Source of the DNA: Bacteroidota bacterium
GTDB lineage: Bacteria > Bacteroidota > Bacteroidia > Bacteroidales > JAADJA01
Direction: 5' to 3'
DNA: 64,000 nt
Assembly: GCA_020444515.1 (NCBI GenBank)
Contig: JAHLKX010000002.1
Span: forward strand, 672,817 to 736,816
Below the pieces are notes generated by a model, which saw only the letters and a program-made list of their open reading frames with translations, did no database searches and was not told where the DNA came from. How positions within the stretch are numbered: position 1 is the stretch's first letter; the number at the start of each line of letters is the position of its first letter. This document shows, in pieces, positions 56,018 to 64,000 of the stretch. A program made the position numbers and the translations under genes.

Positions 56018-59000
56018 ATGATTCGAATTTTATTCCGTTTGACCTTTACGGTGATTTTTTTTGTGGGTGGTTTTTTTTTGGTTCCTGCCCAGGTAGTGGT
56101 TAATGAAATATGTTCCCGCAATGCCACCGTTCTGATGGATGAAGATGAAGAATCTTCTGACTGGATTGAACTATATAATCAGGGTGACAATACGGTTCAT
56201 TTGCAAGGCTGGTGGCTGTCGGATGACCTAACCAACCTCCAGAAATGGTCATTCCCCGACCTGGTCCTTCCACCTGATTCCCTTGCTCTGCTTTTTGCCA
56301 GTGGTAAAAACAGGAAGGTTCTGGTCGATCACTGGGAAACCATTGTTCATTCTGAAGAAAACTGGAAATACTGGATACCGGATGACAATCCTCCGGCAGG
56401 GTGGAACGCTATAGGATTTAATGATGATAGCTGGCTTGAAGGGCCCGGTGGATTTGGAAGAGGCGATGGAGATGACAATACCGTTTTGCCTGATTCGGTA
56501 GCTACAGTTTACGTGCGAAAATCATTTGTCATTCATGATACTTCGGCCATTTCTTATGCTGTTTTGCACATGGATTATGATGATGCCTTTGTGGCTTACC
56601 TCAATGGTGTGGAAATTGCCCGCACCAATATCGGTTGGCCCGGTAAATATCAGAACTGGGATGACTGGTCCTATGATACCCATTTTGCTCTGATGGTGCA
56701 GGGGCTCCCACCCGAAGTTTTCAGAATTGATATGGACCTCTTTCGCTCAATTGCCTTAGAAGGTGAAAATGTGCTGGCGATCCAGGGGCTCAATGCCTGG
56801 AACAATCATGGTAATTCATCACTCATCCCATTTCTTTCTTTCGCCATAAAGGATAGCTCGTTTACCTATATGCCAACCCCCGAATGGTTTACCGAGGATA
56901 TTTATCGGCTGCACACCAACTTTGGATTGTCTTCCGATGGGGAAGGAGTTTATTTGTCGGATGAAGATGGCCAATTGGTTTCTTATCTCGAATTTCCTTA
57001 TTTAATGGCCGATCAATCCTTCGGTTTGTCTATAGATGGCGGAGGAACCAATGTCTATTTCGGAACTCCAACACCGGGATTTTCCAACAATGGTTCACCC
57101 ACAGCAATGGGTTATGCTAAAACACCGCAATTTAATCTTCAATCAGGATTTTATCCAGGGCCTGTTTCTGTTGGTTTTGCTAATTATCAGTCCGGTGATA
57201 CCATCCGATATACCCTGGATGGTAGTTGGGTTAGTGATACTGCTATGATTTATAGTGATCCCATTTTTCTGGATTCAACATCGGTCGTGAAGGCCCGGGT
57301 GTTTAAACAGGGTTTATTGCCTGGTAAAACGGCGACCAACACTTTTTTTATCGGATATGAGTCAAATTTACCGGTTCTGTCCATTAGCTTAAACCCGCAT
57401 GATTTGTGGGACTGGGAAGACGGTATTTATGTTCTGGGTCCGAATGCCGAACCTGCCAGCCCCTATTTCGGTGCCAATTTTTGGATGGATTGGGAGAAAC
57501 CCATCCATGTGGAATATTTTGATACGCTGCAACAACAGGGATTTGAACTCGACGCAGATATGGTGATCCATGGCGGTTTTTCAAGGGCTTACCCCCAGAA
57601 AAGCCTCCGTATTTTAACCAGTGGTAAATATGACCAGGATCGCATTCAATATCAACTCTACCCTGACAAAGAGATTCATGAGTTTAAGAAAATTGTGCTC
57701 CGAAATTCAGGTCAGGATTTTAATGTTACACACTTCCGTGATGGAATCATGCACGACCTGGTGAAAACTGGTACCCATAATGATTACCAGGCTTACCAGC
57801 CTGCTGTTGTTTTTTTGAATGGTGCCTATTGGGGCATTCACAATATGCGTGAGAAAATCGATCGTTTTTATATCAATGAGAATTATGGAGTATCCCTTGA
57901 TAGTATTGAATTGCTGCGTGATAATATAAAAGTCGTCGAAGGTAATTATTATCACTATATGCAAATGATCGAGTACATCAAAAGTTTTTGGGTAGTTGAT
58001 TCGGTAAGATATGATTCCATTTCGAAAATGCTGGATATTGAAAATTACAGTGATTATTTTATTACAGAAATTTATTACAGTAATCCTGACTGGCCTCGTC
58101 ACAATACAAAGTATTGGCGGAAAAGCAATGCAGAGGGTCGTTGGCGATATATTTTATCAGATATCGATTTTGGTCTGGGCCTTTACCATTCACCTTCCAT
58201 CAACGAACTTGAAAGGGTATTGCATGGAAGTATATTATGGTCGGATAATCACCAGGCCATCCGACGGCTGATGACCTATCCGTTATACCGTCAATATTTT
58301 ATCAATCGAAGTGCTGATTTGATTAATACGGTGCTTCATCCCGATACAATTCTTGATCGTATTGAGGAGGTTCATAACCGGCTTTCTGGTGAAATGCAGA
58401 TTCATATGCCCCGCTGGAACTCAAGCTATGATGAGTGGGAGGCCAATGTACAGAATATGGTTTATTTTGTAGAAAACCGAAGGCCCTATATGTGGCAGCA
58501 TTATCTTGATGAATTTAATCTGGTTAAAACGGTTGAGGTTGGAATCGATATTGATTCTGTTCATCATGGGGAGATCCGTATCAATACCATTATTCCGGAT
58601 ATTTTGCCCTGGCAGGGGATGTATTTTGATGGCAATCCCATTGAATTGGAAGCCATCCCGGATTCCGGCTTTTTGTTTTCACATTGGAGTTCAAATCTTG
58701 TTTTGTCAGGTGAAGATACCCTAAACATGAATCTTTTGATTAATGTGGATACAAACACCGTTTTTAAAGCCTGGTTTGTGAAAGATACTTTCCAACTCGA
58801 TACGCCCGCAGTGATCATTAGTGAGATCAATTACCGATCAGTTGATACCCTGGATACCAAGGACTGGATTGAAATTTGGAACCCGGATACGGTTTCTTAT
58901 GATCTTTCAGGCTGGCTTTTCAGGGATGGGAATGATAATCATTCCTTTGTATTTCCTGAGGGAACCTGGCTATTGCCTGATGGTTATTTGGTACTTTGTG

Positions 59001-59569
59001 AAGATACCAGTGACTTTGATACATATTTCCCGGAAATCGAAAACCGGATTGGACCGTTTGAATTTGGTCTGGCTGCAGAAGGAGAAACGCTAAGGTTTTA
59101 TAACTCAGATAGCATTCAATTTCTGTCGGTCAATTATTCAAATCTGCCACCATGGCCAGTAGATGCTGATGGTACCGGTAAGACAATCAACTTTGATGAT
59201 CCGGGTGAGGATTTTAACGATGGAGCAAACTGGTATTCGGGATGTATAGGTGGATCTCCTGGAGGCCCTCATGAGGCATGCGATACCATTGCCGTGGAGG
59301 AATTCCGGTCGGAGTCTGCTTCCTGTAAATTATTTCCCAATCCGGCAAAAAGTGAAGCTTTTATCCAGTTTTATTCCGAAACAAATCAGCAAATTTTAAT
59401 AGAATTATTTGATTTTACTGGAAATTGCAGGTTTGAACTCAACCAAAAGATCATTGCAAATAAACCGGAATTGATCACCATCCCATTGGAAAATTTTAAA
59501 AATGGTGTGTATCTCATTTCAATCCATGGTTCAGATTATTATATTTTTGAAAAATTGATTGTCCATTAA
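56018..59569 (+). CDS. secreted CotH-kinase-family protein with N- and C-terminal lamin-tail domains and T9SS sorting domain
   Basis: Has a signal peptide, then LTD 1 (VVVNEICSRN...DWIELYNQGD) and a chitobiase-C/Fn3-like segment. The CotH core carries LRNSGQDFNVTHFRDGIMHDLV and WGIHNMREKIDRFYINENYG. LTD 2 follows (VIISEINYRS...DWIEIWNPD), then the CTD (KLFPNPAKSEAFIQF...GVYLISIHG...KLIVH). Confidence 0.75.
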   Translation: MIRILFRLTFTVIFFVGGFFLVPAQVVVNEICSRNATVLMDEDEESSDWIELYNQGDNTVHLQGWWLSDDLTNLQKWSFPDLVLPPDSLALLFASGKNRKVLVDHWETIVHSEENWKYWIPDDNPPAGWNAIGFNDDSWLEGPGGFGRGDGDDNTVLPDSVATVYVRKSFVIHDTSAISYAVLHMDYDDAFVAYLNGVEIARTNIGWPGKYQNWDDWSYDTHFALMVQGLPPEVFRIDMDLFRSIALEGENVLAIQGLNAWNNHGNSSLIPFLSFAIKDSSFTYMPTPEWFTEDIYRLHTNFGLSSDGEGVYLSDEDGQLVSYLEFPYLMADQSFGLSIDGGGTNVYFGTPTPGFSNNGSPTAMGYAKTPQFNLQSGFYPGPVSVGFANYQSGDTIRYTLDGSWVSDTAMIYSDPIFLDSTSVVKARVFKQGLLPGKTATNTFFIGYESNLPVLSISLNPHDLWDWEDGIYVLGPNAEPASPYFGANFWMDWEKPIHVEYFDTLQQQGFELDADMVIHGGFSRAYPQKSLRILTSGKYDQDRIQYQLYPDKEIHEFKKIVLRNSGQDFNVTHFRDGIMHDLVKTGTHNDYQAYQPAVVFLNGAYWGIHNMREKIDRFYINENYGVSLDSIELLRDNIKVVEGNYYHYMQMIEYIKSFWVVDSVRYDSISKMLDIENYSDYFITEIYYSNPDWPRHNTKYWRKSNAEGRWRYILSDIDFGLGLYHSPSINELERVLHGSILWSDNHQAIRRLMTYPLYRQYFINRSADLINTVLHPDTILDRIEEVHNRLSGEMQIHMPRWNSSYDEWEANVQNMVYFVENRRPYMWQHYLDEFNLVKTVEVGIDIDSVHHGEIRINTIIPDILPWQGMYFDGNPIELEAIPDSGFLFSHWSSNLVLSGEDTLNMNLLINVDTNTVFKAWFVKDTFQLDTPAVIISEINYRSVDTLDTKDWIEIWNPDTVSYDLSGWLFRDGNDNHSFVFPEGTWLLPDGYLVLCEDTSDFDTYFPEIENRIGPFEFGLAAEGETLRFYNSDSIQFLSVNYSNLPPWPVDADGTGKTINFDDPGEDFNDGANWYSGCIGGSPGGPHEACDTIAVEEFRSESASCKLFPNPAKSEAFIQFYSETNQQILIELFDFTGNCRFELNQKIIANKPELITIPLENFKNGVYLISIHGSDYYIFEKLIVH

Positions 59570-59748
59570 GGTTTTGCATGTTAAAGATCTCTTTAATTTT
59601 TTCTACCCTTTAAGCAAACAGTTGCCTTTGAGACTACACCATCAGAGGCTTATTAAAAGTTACCTTTATTCCCAAAGGTCCAGGATCATAAACATCCCAA
59701 ACTAGCCGATACGGCTAATTTTACAACTCTTAGGTTGTTTTATCCTTT

Positions 59749-60006
59749 ATGGCAGCCGCACTTGTTCACAATGAATTTTCAGTTTCTCCAAATCCGGTTA
59801 TGGGTCATTTTTTACTACGGACTTTTGTTGATGATTCTTTTCGTTGCAAATTCTCAATGTTTGCTGACAAATGGTTTCTGAAACAAAAAGTATCGTATAC
59901 CATAACATTGAAAATTTCTGTCGCACATTTATCAAAAGGCTTTCATTTAATTATAACACAAACCCACAATGGTATCCTGCACAAGCAAAAACTGCTGATT
60001 CAATAA
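59749..60006 (+). CDS. orphan T9SS C-terminal-sorting-domain-like mini-ORF (possible gene remnant)
   Basis: 85-aa ORF: FSVSPNPVMGHFLL...ITLKISVAHLSKGFHLIITQTHNGILHKQKLLIQ follows the type-A CTD pattern (PNP...hLs.G.Y/Hhh......g....KLh). It has no signal peptide, and there are five in-frame stops within the 180 nt upstream. Confidence 0.35.
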   Translation: MAAALVHNEFSVSPNPVMGHFLLRTFVDDSFRCKFSMFADKWFLKQKVSYTITLKISVAHLSKGFHLIITQTHNGILHKQKLLIQ

Positions 60007-60078
60007 TTCAAATCCATTCAATACTTATTGATAGAATTCATAGCGGAAACCTTAACTTTGTGGCTTGATTTATCAATC

Positions 60079-61857
60079 ATGTATAAATTAATCTATATAA
60101 TTGCCGGTATACTATTTTCGATAACTGTTTTTGCACAAGCGCCAGAATTTATATCCATTCACGAGCTTCAGCAGCAAATATTCGATAAGTATGGAAAGAG
60201 GACTGCTGCATTTTATGATTCGATCCATCAATTTAAGATCATGGATCAAACTTTAGCAAATAAGGGTGAACTGCAAAAACGAGTTTTCGGTTATCATCCC
60301 TATTGGGGTGGAAACAATTACCTCAATTACCAATGGAATTTGCTTTCCGATCTTTGCTATTTTTCTTACGAGGTGGATCCATCCTCCGGGAACCCACTTA
60401 CCATTCATGATTGGGAAACTTCGCCGGCTATCGATTCGGCGCTGGCCCATTCAGTGAAGGTGCACCTTTGTGTGACTTTGTTTTCGGGGCATACCATATT
60501 TTTTGAAAGTGAAATTGCCCGACAGAATCTCATTGATCAGATCATTGTTCTCATTCAGGATCGCGGAGCCCAAGGGGTGAATATGGATGTGGAAGCTCTC
60601 CCTTCAAGCCAAAGTGTGAATTTTACCAATTTTATGATCGATTTGTGCAATCAAATGGAAGCAGCTTTACCTGAAGCAGAAGTAAGCATTGCTGCACCGG
60701 CAGTCAACTGGAGCAATAAATTCAATATACCGGTTTTGAAAGACCATATCGATTTTTTTATGGTCATGGCTTATGACTATTACTGGGGTGGCAGTGGTGA
60801 AGCCGGACCCGTTTCTCCCCTTTATTCAATGACCGGGTATTATGACTATAATTTCAGTAAAACCATTTCCTATTACCAGTCACAGACCGTTCCGGACAGC
60901 ATGCTGATATTGGGTGTTCCCTATTATGCATACCAGTGGCCCACCGAGGGACAATACGCACCTTCATCAACCAATGGCAATGGTTCGGCCTACACGGTTG
61001 CCAATATCATGAACAATGCTTCCGGGAATTATAACCCCGGTAATAAACATCGCGAACCCAATAGTTTTGCACCTTATTTTGCTTTTGAGGTCAATGGCTG
61101 GCATCAATGTTTCTTGGATGATGCGATGAGTATGGGAAAAAAGTTTGATATCGTGAATTATCGAAGACTGGCCGGAATTGGAATCTGGGCACTTGGATAT
61201 GACAATGGGTATACTGATTTTTGGGATCTGATAGAAGAAAAATTTACAGAAGGGAGCAGTGCATTGACAGCCGATACGATTTTCGATTCAGGAGGTCCAA
61301 CCTGGGATTACTATAATGATGAAAACTACCTTTACACCATTACAACCCCTGAAAATACCCAGGTGCATCTATCATTTTCTTATCTGGAAATGGAACCGGG
61401 TTATGATTCTTTATGGATTTTTGACGGTCCTGAAATGTGGGCTTCTTTAATTGGTGTTTTCAGTGGAGATAGCATTCCTCCCCTGATCATGGCATCAGGC
61501 AATAAATTGTCGTTCAGGTTTAAATCTGATGCCGGAATAACAGCTCCGGGCTGGCGAGCCGTTTATGATACCATGGAGGTTTCTGGAATTTTTAATAAAC
61601 AACCTATCCCTCAATTGCTTGTTTTTCCCAATCCTGCCAGGGACCATATCGTCCTATTGAATTTTAATACTTCATTGTTTGAAGCATGCCGGGGTGTGAT
61701 ATACTCAAACGCATTGCAATCTCTTAAAGAATTTCAGATTGATCCAGGCAATTTTCCCTATACATTGGATATCTCTGATTTACCAGCAGGTGTATATTTT
61801 CTAAAGATCGATGATGGCAATCATGTTATTGCTACAGCTAAAATTGTGAAACAGTAA
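60079..61857 (+). CDS. glycoside hydrolase family 18-like protein with CUB-like domain and T9SS sorting domain
   Basis: The ATG at 60079 gives the signal peptide MYKLIYIIAGILFSITVFAQA. The GH18 barrel carries FGYHPYWGG, GVNMDVE and MAYDYYW. A CUB-like block follows (YLYTITTPENTQVHLSFSYLEMEPGYDSLWIFDG), then the CTD (LVFPNPARDHIVLL...GVYFLKIDDG...KIVKQ). Confidence 0.7.
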   Translation: MYKLIYIIAGILFSITVFAQAPEFISIHELQQQIFDKYGKRTAAFYDSIHQFKIMDQTLANKGELQKRVFGYHPYWGGNNYLNYQWNLLSDLCYFSYEVDPSSGNPLTIHDWETSPAIDSALAHSVKVHLCVTLFSGHTIFFESEIARQNLIDQIIVLIQDRGAQGVNMDVEALPSSQSVNFTNFMIDLCNQMEAALPEAEVSIAAPAVNWSNKFNIPVLKDHIDFFMVMAYDYYWGGSGEAGPVSPLYSMTGYYDYNFSKTISYYQSQTVPDSMLILGVPYYAYQWPTEGQYAPSSTNGNGSAYTVANIMNNASGNYNPGNKHREPNSFAPYFAFEVNGWHQCFLDDAMSMGKKFDIVNYRRLAGIGIWALGYDNGYTDFWDLIEEKFTEGSSALTADTIFDSGGPTWDYYNDENYLYTITTPENTQVHLSFSYLEMEPGYDSLWIFDGPEMWASLIGVFSGDSIPPLIMASGNKLSFRFKSDAGITAPGWRAVYDTMEVSGIFNKQPIPQLLVFPNPARDHIVLLNFNTSLFEACRGVIYSNALQSLKEFQIDPGNFPYTLDISDLPAGVYFLKIDDGNHVIATAKIVKQ

Positions 61858-61914
61858 CTTCTCACCACTGTTAATTAATTAACAAAACCCTTGTTTGATT
61901 CCAAAATAAAACCA

Positions 61915-61922
61915 TAATTTTG
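61915..61922 (+). promoter_or_regulatory. -7 box TAATTTTG for mutA-mutB
   Basis: taattttg, 45 nt upstream of the ATG at 61968. Confidence 0.45.
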
Positions 61923-61967
61923 CCGCAAAATCTTGATTTCGTTTGTTATCATTATTAAACAATAACT

Positions 61968-63851
61968 ATGGATTCGGATCAGCAAAAAGAAAAACTATTT
62001 ACGGAGTTTGCTCCGGTTACGACTGAGGAATGGGAAGCACTTTTAAAAAAGGACCTCAAAGGAGCAGATTATGAGAAAAGACTGGTTTGGAAGACCAGAG
62101 AGGGATTCAACGTAAAACCTTATTATCGGGAAGAAGACCTGATTCAACTGGATCATTTGGATGTTTTACCGAACGGATTTCCGTTTACCCGTGGGAAAAA
62201 TAAAACATCCAATGAGTGGTTGGTGCGACAGGATATCCATGTAGAAAATATAGAAGCTGCCAATAAAAAAGCGCTGGATATCCTGATGAAAGGGGTTACG
62301 TCACTGGGATTTATCATCTCTCCGAAATTAGAACCGACCATTGATGAGCTGGAACGGCTTTGTGCAAATATTTATGCTGATGCCGTCGAATTGAATTTCA
62401 TTACCTATAAAAACTCTCTTAAAGTCGTTCAGTATGTTGAGCAGTTGGTAAGGAAATATAATCGTAACCTGGAGCACATTTATGGTTCTGTTGATTTTGA
62501 TCCTTTGGGACAATATGCCCTCAAAGGAAAATTCCCGGAATCATCAGATCAATCTTTCGATCTGGCCAGACAAATGATTGAATCTGCCAAACATTTACCC
62601 AATTTCAAGGTCATCACGGTGAATGGAAGTTATTTTCACAATAGCGGTGCTACCCTTGTTGAGGGTTTGGCTTTCAGTCTTGCCCAGGGTGCCAATTATC
62701 TGACGCAACTAACCGAAAGAGGTTTGTCGGTGAATGATGTAGCTCCCCGTATCAAATTTAATTTTGCAGTGGGCCCCAATTATTTTATGGAGATTGCCAA
62801 AATGCGCGCAGCAAAGATGTTGTGGGCACATATTGTAAAAGCATATGGCCCCTGCAGGGATGATAAGACCATGATGCATATTCATGCTGAATCGAGCCAT
62901 TGGAATAAGTCGATGTATGATCCCTATGTAAATATGCTCAGAACGACCACAGAAAGTATGTCGGCTTTGATAGGGGGTGTTGATTCTTTGACTGTTTTAC
63001 CATTTAACGCTGTTTATGAAAAACCATCAGATTTTTCTGAACGGATAGCGCGAAACCAGCAACTTTTACTAAAGGAAGAATCGTATTTCGATAAAGTTGT
63101 TGATCCGGCAGCCGGTTCTTATTATATCGAAAACCTGACCGAATCCATTGCAGAAGAGACCTGGAAACTTTTCCTGGAAGTGCAGGAAAAAGGGGGATTT
63201 TTGGAGGCCTTCAAGGCAGGATTTATCCAGGAGAAGATTAAAGCCTCAGCTCAGCAACGGGACATGGATATCGCTACACGCAAAGAAATAATTCTTGGGA
63301 CCAATCAATATCCCAATACAGGGGAACATAAAGCAGAGACTTTGGAAGGGCATGTATTTAAAGCCTGGGATCAACAGACAAATGATGCTGAGGTAGAAAC
63401 CCTGAAGCCCTATCGCGGACCACAGGCATTTGAGCAGTTACGGTATCAAACCGATCAGTATGCTGAAGAAAACGGCCGCCCGAAAGTGTTCCTGGTCACC
63501 ATGGGCAACCTCGCCATGCGCAGGGCAAGGGCGCAGTTTGCCGCCAATTTCTTCGGTTGTGCCGGTTATGAAATCATCGACAACATCGGGTTTAAAACTG
63601 TGGAAGAAGCTGCAGGAGCATGTCTGAAATCCAATGCACAGATTGCTGTGATTTGCGGATCAGATGATGATTATCCTGATATTGCTCCGAAACTGGCCAA
63701 TGCACTCAAAGATAAAACGATCCTTGTTTTGGCAGGTTATCCCAAAGATCTTGTTGATGACCTGAAAGCAGAAGGCATTGAACATTTTATCCATATTAAA
63801 GCCAATGTGCTGGAAACACTACAAAATTTTCAAGAAAAATTAGGAATTTAA
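61968..63851 (+). CDS. mutA: methylmalonyl-CoA mutase small (beta) subunit
   Basis: 627-aa mutase fold (EEWEALLKKDLKG..., TRGKN...). The C-terminal Rossmann domain lacks the DxHxxG cobalamin-ligand motif (reads MGNLAMRRARAQFAANFF), as expected for the non-catalytic subunit. Confidence 0.8.
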   Translation: MDSDQQKEKLFTEFAPVTTEEWEALLKKDLKGADYEKRLVWKTREGFNVKPYYREEDLIQLDHLDVLPNGFPFTRGKNKTSNEWLVRQDIHVENIEAANKKALDILMKGVTSLGFIISPKLEPTIDELERLCANIYADAVELNFITYKNSLKVVQYVEQLVRKYNRNLEHIYGSVDFDPLGQYALKGKFPESSDQSFDLARQMIESAKHLPNFKVITVNGSYFHNSGATLVEGLAFSLAQGANYLTQLTERGLSVNDVAPRIKFNFAVGPNYFMEIAKMRAAKMLWAHIVKAYGPCRDDKTMMHIHAESSHWNKSMYDPYVNMLRTTTESMSALIGGVDSLTVLPFNAVYEKPSDFSERIARNQQLLLKEESYFDKVVDPAAGSYYIENLTESIAEETWKLFLEVQEKGGFLEAFKAGFIQEKIKASAQQRDMDIATRKEIILGTNQYPNTGEHKAETLEGHVFKAWDQQTNDAEVETLKPYRGPQAFEQLRYQTDQYAEENGRPKVFLVTMGNLAMRRARAQFAANFFGCAGYEIIDNIGFKTVEEAAGACLKSNAQIAVICGSDDDYPDIAPKLANALKDKTILVLAGYPKDLVDDLKAEGIEHFIHIKANVLETLQNFQEKLGI

Positions 63852-63885
63852 CTTCGAACATCGTACTTCAAACTTCGAACTGAGC

Positions 63886-64000
63886 ATGAAACCAAACTTT
63901 CGCAATATCAATATAAAAGCAAAAGCCAAAACCGAAACTGACATACAGCAGTGGGAAAAGGACAATCACATTTCTGCCGACTGGACACCGGCTGAAAAGA
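63886..64000 (+). CDS. mutB: methylmalonyl-CoA mutase large (alpha) subunit, 5' fragment cut by the window end
   Basis: The ATG at 63886 opens MKPNFRNINIKAKAKTETDIQQWEKDNHISADWTPAEK with no stop before the window end. Position after mutA and the W.TPE motif fit a MutB N-terminus. Confidence 0.6.
   Translation, partial: MKPNFRNINIKAKAKTETDIQQWEKDNHISADWTPAEK

Noticed and set aside
59871-60068. 65-aa ORF overlapping the orphan CTD ORF and the GH18 5' region.
   Set aside because: It has no recognisable features, and it is in a different frame from the CTD-like sequence that explains this DNA better.
61858-61967. Looked for a cobalamin riboswitch upstream of mutA-mutB.
   Set aside because: The 110-nt leader is AT-rich. 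It has no recognisable B12-box-like conserved core or multi-stem structure, only a -7 promoter box.

Overview
This 64-kb segment is most likely from a Bacteroidota chromosome. Four lines of evidence support that. Several proteins end in T9SS C-terminal sorting domains. There is a GldH-like lipoprotein. The Bacteroidota -7 promoter box TAnnTTTG recurs upstream of many genes and tRNAs. Shine-Dalgarno sequences are almost absent. About 55 protein genes are tightly packed on both strands, plus three tRNAs: CAU, Ser-GGA and Leu-CAA. Most genes are core housekeeping: proS, glmS, prs-rplY-pth, ribF, lpxK, lpxH, mazG, yebC, mgsA, sodB, ansA, tatD, nif3 with its Zn-ribbon partner, mutA/mutB, and an exbB-exbD-exbD operon. 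I found no CRISPR array, transposase, integrase or prophage. The less ordinary content is listed here. (1) A lipoprotein with an extreme Tyr/Trp block and RS-type tandem repeats (22966-24417). (2) A set of large secreted or T9SS proteins built from lamin-tail domains, including a CotH-kinase-family protein, a GH18-CUB protein and an orphan sorting-domain mini-ORF between them (56018-61857), plus a triple-LTD protein (39581-43039). (3) An ECF sigma / anti-sigma-like / DUF2807-beta-barrel module (9761-12983). (4) A TlpA-like thioredoxin-fold lipoprotein with both active-site cysteines replaced by serine, next to two single-CXXCH heme-domain proteins (31456-34212). (5) A small-gene locus bounded by paired perfect palindromes with a decayed tandem duplicate (45985-47235). 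No candidate is a proven new system. All functional calls come from motif recognition by eye, not from database searches.
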